From Eledone cirrhosa (lineage: Eukaryota), in assembly GCA_964016885.1 (NCBI GenBank), contig OZ024747.1, positions 35,092,001 to 35,156,000 on the forward strand: 64,000 nucleotides of DNA, read 5' to 3'. Below, piece by piece: positions 1 through 11,500 of this stretch. Made by a program: the position numbers and the translations under genes. Every line of letters starts with the position of its first letter. Position 1 is the stretch's first letter. Below the pieces are notes generated by a model. It did no database searches. It was not told where the DNA came from and saw only the letters and a program-made list of their open reading frames with translations.

Positions 1-310
1 CTTTACAAACAGAAATGCCAATTCGTACCGTCATGTAACGTCCTGTGCTGTTCTTAATGTTATACATGTCAACCCTCATGGTTAATGGAGAAGACAAAAA
101 ACATTATTATTTATTATTTTTTGCTCGCTCTCGTAAGTCTCTGTATTTACCTGTCATAATAATTTATTCTTAAATTGTTGTTGTTGTGTAGGGGATGTGA
201 GCCCTTGGACTTTGCCATGTGAAGGGGAAAGTATAATATTTGAACTTTTTACATTTAAAAATTCTCGATAAAACAATATATACATGGCTGAGCCACGTCC
301 TCCAGCAATA

Positions 311-1137
311 TGTCTGCTGGTGGGACAACGTCGGAAAAGTTGAGAGGAGGGTTACGGCGAACACAGAAATTGATACAACAAACAACACCACAAACAACGT
401 GAACAAAGACAGCAATGACAGCAACACTGAGAACTCTAATTTTGAAAAGAATGACCACACCAAACACAACAATAACAGCGACAACCAAATTACAGACAAC
501 AGAAAAAAATGACAACAAATGCAACAATATTAACATCATTAACATGAAAAATAGCGACAACACCAACAGCAATAATACAAATTGCACCGAGAACAACAAC
601 GGTGGCACCAAAGACACAACCAACTGCAACAGTGATAACAACAACACCAACAAGAACAACGACAACAACAACAACACCGCCAACGACAAGAAGAACACTT
701 TCACTCTGGCAGCAGCCAAAAAGAGGCCATGCTTCAACATGTACCTCTCAAACAAAGATGAAATGTTGGCCCAGGCCTGGAAGCTCATCAAGCAAGAGCA
801 AACCTGAGCCAACTTAACTGTCCCGATAGAAGCTATTGAGGCAGTGGAGCGCAGAACGGTGCATTATAGATGCATCTCAGCACAAACCAAAAGGACACCT
901 TTAATTCCACAAGCGGATGTTGATGTCACGCTGAGGTGCATCAGAGAAGACACCCAGTACATAGAGAGGGGCAGACAGTACGGCAATATTTCGGAGCTGT
1001 TCAAGTCAGAAGACCTCGCTATCAAACACGCTATGACTCCTTGCAAAACCAGCAATACTTTTAAAGGGGTTCCCAAAAGAAACCCCATCAACTATGGAGG
1101 TCGAACTTCCAGACCTTCACAAGAGCCCTTGAGGTAA
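311..1137 (+). pseudogene. Probable ORF1 remnant of the LINE (Asn/Thr-rich low-complexity N-terminus followed by a globular segment), frameshifted and probably internally deleted
   Basis: Overlapping + strand ORF pieces (240-512, 415-807, 844-1137) lie immediately upstream of and co-oriented with ORF2. There is an apparent frameshift near the A7 run at ~503-509 and a stop at ~805. No zinc knuckle is visible, so the call rests mainly on position. Confidence 0.5.
374..697 (+). repeat. Degenerate (AAC)n / (ACA)n low-complexity tract
   Basis: Runs such as aacaacaacaccaacaagaacaacgacaacaacaacaacacc, encoding poly-Asn/Thr on + and giving spurious hydrophobic ORFs on -. Confidence 0.85.
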
Positions 1138-2014
1138 GTAAACCTTCCATTTCTATCTATTAACCTGCAAACATGACCGTACTAAGAGAAGGAAGTTTAA
1201 ATGTTCGATGTCTAGGATCGTCCTAGAAGCAGAGTCACCTGCTCAACGACCTCAGGTCTCTAGAAATGGATGTAATTGCCGTCAGCGAGACCAGGATTCC
1301 CGACACGCGCGCACTAGCCCCCTTTCTCGACGACTATCAGATCTTCGCATCTGTTAGTCGGCCGGGAATGGGAGGCGGGGTGGCAGTGCTGATTAGAAAA
1401 GGCCTAGATATCGAGTTAAGGTCGATCTTCCGGGACCCGGACGGGAAGTTTGTGGTCCTGGATGTGAACATAACGAAGGTGGTGCCATGAAACTTGTAGC
1501 TGTCTACGCCCCTACTGGGGCAGGACGGCCGGACTTCTTTAGACGCCTGGAAGCCTTTCTGTGTACATCTCGCCCTTTACTGTTAGCGGCGGACTGGCAC
1601 GGCATCTTAGACGCTACTGGGACTCTGTGGGAGTACCCAATAGGAGCGGGGAGTGCAAAAGCCTCAAGAACCTGATCAACCAGATCCAACTGTCTGACAG
1701 GTACCGACTAGATTTCCCTAATGAGTCAGTGTAAACCTGGACTAACCGCATAGAATCATCTTGATCGTATATAGACCGGATCTTCATTAGGAAAATAGAC
1801 AGAACTAGTGTAAGCAGTCCACGTTTTAAAATGGGCGCCTATTCAGATCACAAGTTTGTGATCTGTATGGTCGACCTAGATAAGATGCGTATGTTAGGAC
1901 CTGATTACTGGAAATTGAACATGTCAATTCCGACTCGTAAGGCTGACAGGGACCAGGCCAACAACAATTTAGTTAAGAAAAGGTTGACAGGGGGAGTGTT
2001 CAACAATAGATGGT

Positions 2015-2032
2015 GGGGGGGGGGGGGGGGGG
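2015..2032 (+). repeat. Poly-G homopolymer (G18) inside ORF2
   Basis: Direct reading of the sequence. Confidence 0.95.
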
Positions 2033-2804
2033 CTAAATATAGAGATTACGGTAATGTCGATAGAGTTTAACAAAGAAGTAGTGTTAGAGAAAAATAGAAA
2101 GGAGGGAGAGTTGGTAAATAAGTTAGACGAGGCTATTGGTAGTGGCATTGCAACTAACGTGCTAGACCATTTCTTCAATGCGAAACTCGAAGGTTGCATT
2201 GTCTGAGCTAAGGCGCGTGCTCTTAGACACGAGGAAACCAAAGCTGTTCGATGGTCCCGCGTGGCAGAGGCGCAGCGTGGTAATAAAACCACAATTCGCT
2301 CTTTGTCGGACCGAGAAGGTCTCGAGCTGAGCGATTCCAAGCGGATGTGTGAGGCCTTTCGCCAACATTTCGCTCGGTTGTTCGGGGAAAGTGGCTGGTC
2401 AGAGACGGTGGAAAAACTTCAGTCCCTACCTCTATGGCTTGCCGCAACTCTCGACGGCCGACGCTGGGCGCTGCGAAAGGCCGATTACTTCAGACGATAT
2501 TTAGGATGCCTTTGTCGGCTGTATGAGGCGCAAGTCACCCGGTTTGGATGGTCTGCCCTACGAGCTTTACGTAAATATGCCAGACTTGTTCTCCAATCTC
2601 TTCGAAGCGCTATACTGCAACTGGCAGTAGAACGGGAGCATTCCCAGTTCTGAGAGCCGGGGCGTAGTGTCGCTGATAAGGAAAGACGAGAACAAGAGGG
2701 ACACATTAGACAATTTCAGGCCCATAATTCTGTTCAACACAGAGTTTAAGATTTTGGCCAGGGTGTTAGCGAAGAGGTTGGCGCTTGTCGTCGGGGATTT
2801 CGTT

Positions 2805-2832
2805 GGGGGGGGGGGTGGGGGGGGGGGGGGGG
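2805..2832 (+). repeat. Poly-G tract (G11-T-G16) inside the RT domain
   Basis: Direct reading; translates as a poly-Gly insertion between LALVVGDFV and AQTCA. Confidence 0.95.
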
Positions 2833-4818
2833 CGCAAACTTGCGCAAACCCAAACACGTCCATCCACGACAACCTCCACCTGATGCGATACATCATTGAG
2901 AGGCCTGGGTGTAAACCTTGCTTCGATAGGGCTCTGATCAATCGAGATCAATCGAAAGCATTCGATAGGGTCGACCATCGTTACGTGGAGGTTGTCCTCA
3001 AGGCGGCTGGCTTCGGCCCCATCTTCATAAGCTGGATTGCTGCAATGCACAGCGGCACCTGCTCGGTGTTCAACATTAATGGCCACCTCTCGGAACCGAC
3101 TCATGTCCCACGATCGGTACCTCAATGGTGCCCGTCTCTCCTCACTTCTGTACGTATTGTCTCTCAACCCTTTACTGCGGAAGCTGGAACTGTTGCAGGG
3201 CATCCCGCTCGAACCTGGACGAGGAAAGGCTGTGTCGGCTTATGCGGACGCCATCACCGTGATGGTATCGGACACCTCAGAAATCGAGGTGGTTGGCAAC
3301 TTATTGGAGGGATATGAAAGGTCGACGGGAGCAAAACTTAACCCGGAATGTGGGTTGCCTTGCAACCCGGCACCTGGAGGGGCAAGTCCATGCCATCCAA
3401 CAGCGTCGTTAGGCGCTGGACGGACGGACCGGTAAAGTTGCTCGCGGTTTGGTTCGAGCCAGACCTCCAGGTGGATAAGAATGAGGACGAGGTGACGGGC
3501 AGGTAGTCAGTCCCAACCAGAAATGTGCTGCGAGAAAGCTATCACTGAGAGGTCAGGCGGAGGTGGCGAACGCATACATCGCGTTCGTCATCTACCCCCG
3601 TTCACGCCTCGCCATCTTGGAGCGGCTCCTCTTCAAATTCTTGTGGAGGGGTCATATTCCATTAGTGAGACGGTCCATCTGCTGCCAGCATCCTCTACAT
3701 GGAGGGCTGGGCATGCCGTGGCTAATTATGAGCAGACACGCGCTGAGGCTGCGGCATCTCCAGATATTCTGCCTAAACGGTGAACAGGTGTGGTCGCCGT
3801 TTGTCAGACTGGCCTTTCCGCAGCTCGTTTCTTTGACTGAGCTGCAGTGCTGGGTCAATAAGAGACCAAGACTGGGTGACTGGCATCTGGAATGTTGCCA
3901 GGCACTCACTGCCCTCTACTAGGCGGGCAATGCGGTCAGTGGGACTTCCACTCTCGAGTTCTATAGATTAGTGGTGGGGAAGTGCGATGACGCACCCGGA
4001 GAGGCTCTGGGAGTTGACGAAGTCGAACTAACCAGGCTGTTCCGGAGGACTTTCGACCCGAGGAGCATGGATAATTTCCAAAAATCCTTCGCTTGGCAGT
4101 GTTACCGGTGGAGGGGGGCACTGCCGGTTCGAAATAAACTCTACAGGCACGGAAATGCTGTCAGACTGACCTGCCAGATATGCGCGCAAAGTGACGAAAC
4201 CGTTCTGCATGCACTCGTCCAGTGTCCATGTATTACTGACTTGTGGATTTAAGTCGAACAGCTGTTGTCGCGTATAGAACGGATCCGGCTATCGGACGAG
4301 TCCTTAGTGAAGATCGACCCGCCGCATTCTTTTAGCCAGGAAGGGCATGCAATTTTCCTGTCTGGTGGCAGTAGCAAAAGAGGTTGTATGGTGGACCAGG
4401 TTAAAAGGACTGAAGACAGACACTTTTCTCTTCGGCCAATCCCTCATCAACTTTTTCAAGTTCAACTTGGAAAGGAAGGTGATGGCGCAGTGAGAAATGC
4501 TGACCCACAGTACATTTGCTGAAAGGTGGGTGAATGTGGCGAGAATGGCTCGTGTGAGTGGGCCTACTCTTGTCATGCGGCTGTAGGTGGGTAAATTTGA
4601 GGAGGAGAGGGTGAACTTCCAGGGTGCCCTCGAAGCGTTCAAGATTTCTGTGGTAGCTGAGCGAACCCTGGCTGGTCATCCCCCCTGTTGGTGGATTTTT
4701 CTTGTAGTATTTTTCTTGTTACTTTGTTATTGTTATGCATATTGTTTACTCGATTTTTCTGTAAGTCTCCACTGTTCCAGTCTTTTGTATTGTCCCCTGT
4801 ATGTCGGCTCTTGTGGCC

Positions 4819-4824
4819 AATAAA
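4819..4824 (+). terminator. Polyadenylation signal at the LINE 3' end
   Basis: AATAAA about 230 bp after the ORF2 stop, following a T-rich 3' UTR, as is typical of L1/Tx1 elements. Confidence 0.6.
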
Positions 4825-4830
4825 TGAAAT

Positions 4831-4950
4831 CGAGGTTGACTTTGCATTTCATCCTTACGGGGTCGATAAAATAAAGTACCAGTAATGCACTGGGTAATTG
4901 CTGGCCTTGTGTCTAAACTAGAAACAATAATAATAATAATTATTATTATT
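4831..4950 (+). mobile_element. 5'-truncated SINE (central domain plus 3' tail), octopus-type; apparently internally deleted
   Basis: cgaggttgactttgcatttcatccttacggggtcgataaaataaagtaccagt...cactggg...aattgctggccttgtg...gaaac followed by an (AAT)n/(TAT)n tail. This matches my recollection of an abundant Octopus tRNA-derived SINE body. The tRNA-like head is absent. Not database-verified. Confidence 0.75.
4926..4950. repeat. (AAT)n(TAT)n microsatellite tail containing a perfect 22-bp palindrome (4929-4950)
   Basis: aataataataattattattatt is its own reverse complement. Confidence 0.9.
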
Positions 4951-5067
4951 CCTGAGTGGAACAATCTGAAGGACAATGCAAACTAGGAATAAATGCTTTC
5001 AAAATAACTTGCAGCATTAGTTATGTAATTTATATATACTATCGGGTTTTAAAACAAAGGCATTTCG

Positions 5068-8000
5068 AAATAAATTAATGTATTTGCTCCAGTATCACTG
5101 TTACAGCGACACAAATAAACTAATGTCATTGACCAGTATCACTGTTACAGCAACACAAAAAAACTAATGTCTATACTCCAGTATCACTATTACTGCAACA
5201 CAAATAAACTAATGTCTTTACTCCAGTATCACTGTTACTGCAACACAAATAAACTAATATCTTTACTCCAGTATCACTGTTACTGCAACACAAATAAACT
5301 AATTTCTTTACTCCAGTATCACTGTTACTGCAACACAAATAAACTAATGTCTTTGCTCCAGTATCACTGTTACTGCAACACAAATAAACTAATGTCTTTA
5401 CTCCAGGATCACTGTTACAGCAACACAAATAAACTAATGTCTTTGTTCTAGTATAACTGTTACTGCAACATAAATAAACTAATGTCTATACTACAGTATC
5501 ACTGTTACAGCAACACAAATAAACTAATGTCTTTGTTCTAGTATCACTGTTACTGCAACACACATAAACTAATGTCTTTACTCCAGTATCACTGTTACTG
5601 CAACACAAATAAACTAATGTCTTTACTCCAGTATCAATATTACTTCAACACAAATAAACTATAGTCTTTGCTCCAGCATCACTGTTACAGCAACACAAAT
5701 AAACTAATATCTTTACTCCAGTATCACTGTTACTGCAACACAAATAAACTAATGTCTTTACTCCAGTATCACTGTTACTGCAACACAAATAAACTAATGT
5801 CTTTGCTCCAGTATGACTGTTACTGCAACAAAAATAAACTAATGTCTTTACTCCAGTATCACTATTACTGCAACACAAATAAACTAATGTCTTTACTCCA
5901 GTATCACTGTTACTGCAACACAAATAAACTAATATCTTTACTCCAGTATCACTGTTACTGCAACACAAATAAACTAATTTCTTTACTCCAGTATCACTGT
6001 TACTGCAACACAAATAAACTAATTTCTTTGCTCCAGTATCACTGTTACTGCAACACAAATAAACTAATATCTTTACTCCAGTATCACTGTTACTGCAACA
6101 CAAATAAACTAATTTCTTTACTCCAGTATCACTGTTACTGCAACACAAATAAACTAATTTCTTTGCTCCAGTATCACTGTTACTGCAACACAAATAAATT
6201 AATTTCTTTACTCCAGTATCACTGTTACTGCAACACAAATAAACTAATGTCTTTGCTCCAGTATCACTGTTACTGCAACACAAATAAACTAATGTCTTTA
6301 CTCCAGTATCACTATTACTGCAACACAAATAAACTAATGTCTGTACTCCAGTATCACTGTTACTGCAACACAAATAAACTATTGTCTTTACTCCAGTATC
6401 ACTGTTACTGCAACACAAATAAACTAATGTCTTTACTCCAGTATCACTATTACTGCAACACAAATAAACTAATGTCTTTACTCCAGTATCACTATTAGTG
6501 CAACACAAATAAACTAATGTCTTTGCTCCAGTATCACTGTTACTGCAACACAAATAAACTATTGTCTTTACTCCAGTATCACTGTTACTGCAACACAAAT
6601 AAACTAATGTCTTTACTCCAGTATCACTATTACTGCAACACAAATAAACTATTGACTTTGCTCCAGTATCACTGTTACTGCAACACAAATAAACTAATGT
6701 CTTTTCTCCAGTATCACTGTTACTGCAACACAAATAAACTAATGTCTTTACTCCAGTATCACTGTTACTGCTACACAAATAAACTAATGTCTTTGCTCCA
6801 GTATCACTGTTACTGCAACACAAATAAACTAATGTCTTTGCTCCAGTATCACTGTTACAGCAACACAAATAAACTAATGTCTTTGTTCTAGTATCACTGT
6901 TACTGCAACACAAATAAACTAATATCTTTACACCAGTATCACTGTTACTGCAACACAAATAAACTAATGTTTTACTCCAGTATCACTGTTACTGCAACAC
7001 AAATAAACTAAGCTCTTTGCTCCCGTATCACTGTTACTGCAACACACATAACATAATGTCTTTACTCCAGTATCACTATTACTGCAAAACAAATAAACTA
7101 ATGTCTTTACTCCAGTATCACTGTTAGTGCAACACAAATAGACGAATGTCTTTACTCCAGTATCACTATTACTGCAACACAAATAAACTAATGTCTTCAC
7201 TCCAGTATCACTATTAGTGCAACACAAAGAAACTAATGTCTTTACTCCAGTATCACTATTACTGCAACACAGATAAACTAATGTCTTTACTCCAGTATCA
7301 CTGTTACTGCAACACAAATAAACTAATGTCTTTACTCCAGTATCACTATTACTGCAACACAAATAAACTGATGTCTTTGCTCCAGTATCACTGATACTGC
7401 AACACAAATAAAATAATGTCTTTACTCCAGTATCACTGTTACTGCACCACAAATAAAGTAATGTCTTTGCTCCAGTATTACTGTTACTGCAACACAAATA
7501 AACTAATGTCTTTACTCCAGGATCACTGTTACTGCAACACAAATAAACTAATGTCTTTGCTCCAGTGGCACTATTACTGCAACACAAATAAACTAATGTC
7601 TTTGCTCCAGTATCACTGTTACTGCAACACAAATAAACTAATGTCTGTACTCCAGTATCACTGTTACTGCAACACAAATAAACTAATGTCTTTACTACAG
7701 TATCACTGTTACTGCAACACAAATAAACTAATGTCTTTACTCCAGTATCACTGTTACTGCAACACAAATAAACTAATGTCTTTACTCCAGTATCATTGTT
7801 ACTGCAACACAAATAAACTAATGTCTTTACTCCAGTATCACTGTTACTGCAACACAAATAAATTAATGTCTTTACTCCAGTATCACTATTACTGCAACAC
7901 AAATAAACTAATGTCTTTACTCCAGTATTACTGTTACTGCAACACAAATAAGCTAATGTCTTTACTCCAGTATCACTGTTACTGCAACACAAATAAACTA

Positions 8001-8500
8001 ATGTCTTTTCTCCAGTATCATTGTTACTTCAACACAAATAAACTAATGTCTTTGCTCCAGTATCACTGTTACTGCAACACAAATAAACTAATGTCTGTAC
8101 ACCAGTATCACTGTTACTGCAACACAAATAAAGTAATGTCTGTACTCCAGTATCACTATTACTGCAACACAAATAAACTAATGTCTTTGCTCCAGTATCA
8201 CTGTTACTCCAACACAAATAAAGTAATGTCTGTACTAAAGTATCACTGTTACTGCAACACAAATATACTACTATCTTTGTTCTAGTATCACTGTTACTGC
8301 AACACAAATAAACTAACATCTGTACTCCAGTATCACTGTTACAGCAACACAAATAAACTAATGTCTTTGTTCTAGTATCACTGTTACTGCAACATAAATA
8401 AACTAATGTCTGTACTCCAGTATCACTGTTACAGCAACACAAATAAACTAATGTCTTTGTTCTAGTATCACTGTTACTGCAACACAAATAAACTAATATG
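5068..8500. repeat. Satellite domain A: divergent array edge with little long-range HOR structure
   Basis: Many private variants and 1-bp deletions at ~5131 and ~6971. A local dimer marker (ttacagc followed by ttgttctag) recurs at ~5415-5540, ~6855-6890 and ~8340-8465. Confidence 0.7.
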
Positions 8501-11500
8501 TTTACACAAGTATCACTGTTACTGCAACACAAATAAACTAACGTCTTTGCTCCAGTATCACTGTTACTGCAACACAAATAAACTAATGTTTTTGCTCCTG
8601 TATCACTGTTACTACAAGACAAATAAACTAATGTCTTTGCTCCAGTATCACTGTTACTGCAACACACATAAACTAATGTCTTTACTCCAGTATCACTGTT
8701 ACTGCAAAACAAATAAACTAATGTCTCTGCTCCAGTATCACTATTACTGCAACACAAATAGACTAATGTCTTTACTCCAGTATCACTATTACTGCAAAAC
8801 AAATAAACTAATGGCTTTCCTCCCGTATCACTATTACTGCAACACAAATAATCTAATGTCTTTGCTCCAGTATCACTGTTACTGCAACACAGATAAAATA
8901 ATGCCTTTACTCCAGTATCACTATTATTACTGCAACACAAATAAACTAATGTCTTTGCTCCAGTATCACTATTACTGCAACACAAATAAACTAATGTCTT
9001 TGCTCCAGTATCACTATTACTGCAACACAAATAAACTAATGCCTTTACTCCAGTATCACTGTTACTGCAACACAAATAAACTAATGTCTTTATTCCAGTA
9101 TCACTATTACTGCAACACCAATAAACTAATGTCTTTATTCCAGTATCACTATTACTGCAACACAAATAAACTAATGTCTTTGCTCCAGTATCACTATTAG
9201 TGCAACACAAATAAACTAATGTCTTTATTCCAGTATCACTATTACTGCAACACAAATAAACTAATGTCTTTACTCCAGTATGACTATTACTGCAACACAA
9301 ATATACTAATGTCTTTACTCCAGTATCACTGTTACAGCTACACAAATAAACTAAGGTCTTTGCTCCAGTATCACTGTTACTGCAACACAAATAAACTAAT
9401 GTCTTTACTCCAGTATCACTGTTACTGCAACACAAATAAACTAATGTCTTTACTCCAGTATCACTGTTACTGCAGCAGAAATAAACTAATGTCTTTACTC
9501 CAGTATCACTGTTACTGCAACACAAATAAACTAATGTATTTACTCCAGTATCACTGTTACTGCAACACAAATAAACTAATGTCTTTGCTCCAGTATCACT
9601 GTTACTGCAACACAAATAAACTAATGTCTTTACTCCAGTATCACTGTTACTGCAACACAAATGAACTAATGTCTTTGCTCCAGTATCACAATTACTGCAA
9701 CACAAATAAACTAATGGCTTTGCTCTAGTATCACTGTTACTGCTACACAAATAAACTAATGTCTTTACTCCAGTATCACTGTTACTGCAACACAAATAAA
9801 CTAATGTCTTTACTCCAGTATCACTGTTACTGCAACACAAATAAATTAATGTCTTTACTCCAGTATCACTGTTACTGCAACACAAATAAACTAATGGTTT
9901 TGCTCTAGTATCACTGTTACTACAACACAAATAAACTAATGTCTTTGCTCCAGTATCACTATTACTGCAACACAAATAAACTAATGTCTTTACTCCAGTA
10001 TCACTATTACTGCAACACAAATAAACTAATGTCTTTACTCCAGTATCACTGTTACTGCAACACAAATAAACTAAGGTCTTTGCTCCAGTATCACTGTTAC
10101 TGCTACACAAATAAACTAATGTCTTTGCTCTAGTATCACTGTTACTGCAACACAAATAAACTAAGGTCTTTGCTCCAGTATCACTGTGACTGCTACACAA
10201 ATAAACTAATGTCTTTGCTCTAGTATCACTGTTACTGCAACACAAATAAACTAAGGTCTTTGCTCCAGTATCACTGTTACTGCAAGACAAATAAACTAAT
10301 GTCTTTGCTCCAGTATCACTGTTACTGCAACACAAATAAACTAATGACTTTGCTCCAGTATCACTGTTACTGCAACACAAATAAACTAATGTCTTTGCTC
10401 TAGTATCACTGTTACTGCAACACAAATAAACTAAGGTCTTTGCTCCAGTATCACTGTTACTGCTACACAAATAAACTAATGTCTTTGCTCTAGTATCACT
10501 ATTACTGCAACACAAATAAACTAATGTCTTTATTTCAGTATCACTATTACTGCAACACCAATAAACTAATGTCTTTGCTCCAGTATCACTATTAGTGCAA
10601 CACAAATAAACTAATGTCTTTATTCCAGTATCACTATTACTGCAACACCAATAAACTAATGTCTTTGCACCAGTATCACTATTACTGCAACACAAATAAA
10701 CTAATGTCTTTACTCCAGTATGACTATTACTGCAACACAAATATACTAATGTCTTTACTCCAGTATCACTGTTACTGCTACACAAATAAACTAAGGTCTT
10801 TGCTCCAGTATCAGTGTTACTGCAACACAAATAAACTAATGTCTTTACTCCAGTATCACTATTAGTGCAACACAAATAAACTAATGTCTTTATTCCAGTA
10901 TCACTGTTACTGCTACACAAATAAACTAAGGTCTTTGCTCCAGTATCACTGTTACTGCAACACAAATAAACTAATGTCTTTACTCCAGTATCACTGTTAC
11001 TGCAACACAAATAAACTAATGTCTTTGCTCCAGTATCACTGTTACTGCAACACAAATAAACTAATGTCTTTGCTCCAGTATCACTATTACTGCAACACAA
11101 ATAAACTAATGTCTTTGCTCCAGTATCACTGTTACTGCTACACAAATAAACTAATGTCTTTGCTCCAGTATAACTATTACTGCAACACAAATAAACTAAT
11201 GTCTTTGCTCCAGTATCACTATTACTGCAACACAAATAAACTAATGTCTTTGCTCTAGTATCACTGTTACTACAACACAAATAAACTAATGTCTTTACTC
11301 CAGTATCACTATTACTGCAACACAAATAAACTAATGTCTTTGCTCCAGTATCACTGTTACTGCAGCACAAATAAACCAATGTCTTTACTCCAGTATCACT
11401 ATTACTGCAACACAAATAAACTAATGTCTTTGCTCCAGTATCACTATTACTGCAACACAAATAATCTAATGTCTTTGCTCCAGTATCACTGTTACTGCAA

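Larger units (their letters stand above)
1173..4586 (+). pseudogene. LINE ORF2 (APE endonuclease - reverse transcriptase - zf-RVT), inactivated
   Basis: ATG at 1173 reads MTVLREGSLNVRCLGSS*KQSHLLNDLRSLEMDVIAVSET (APE motifs; in-frame TAG at 1224). Then LVAVYAP, TWTN..YIDRIF, SDHKFV and WKLN. RT motifs: KSPGLDGLPYELY (~2532), NFRPIILFNTEFKILA, DQSKAFDRVDH, degenerate QGCPLS (QWCPLS), and YADA in place of YADD (3241). GGLGMP, then CQICAQSDETVLHALVQC (~4171-4225). Ends ...GPTLVMRL* with TAG at 4584-4586. Many frameshifts and stops. Confidence 0.93.
290..4830 (+). mobile_element. Degenerate non-LTR retrotransposon (LINE), L1/Tx1-like clade, near full length; 5' boundary approximate
   Basis: Collinear APE endonuclease, RT and C-terminal CCHC motifs across 1173-4586, an upstream ORF1-like region, a T-rich 3' UTR and AATAAA at 4819-4824. 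No LTRs seen. The 5' end is placed where AT-rich flank gives way to element-like sequence. Confidence 0.9.

Noticed and set aside
170-812. Hydrophobic minus-strand ORFs that look like membrane proteins
   Set aside because: They are the antisense reading of the (AAC)n tract, since GTT/TTG/TGT encode Val/Leu/Cys.
1173-4586. RT next to a variable repeat array as a DGR-, retron- or telomerase-like diversification system
   Set aside because: The RT is an ordinary APE-type LINE ORF2 with a mutated catalytic motif (YADA) and many disruptions. Array variants are not adenine-specific and are inherited in duplicated blocks. I saw no similarity between the element and the monomer.
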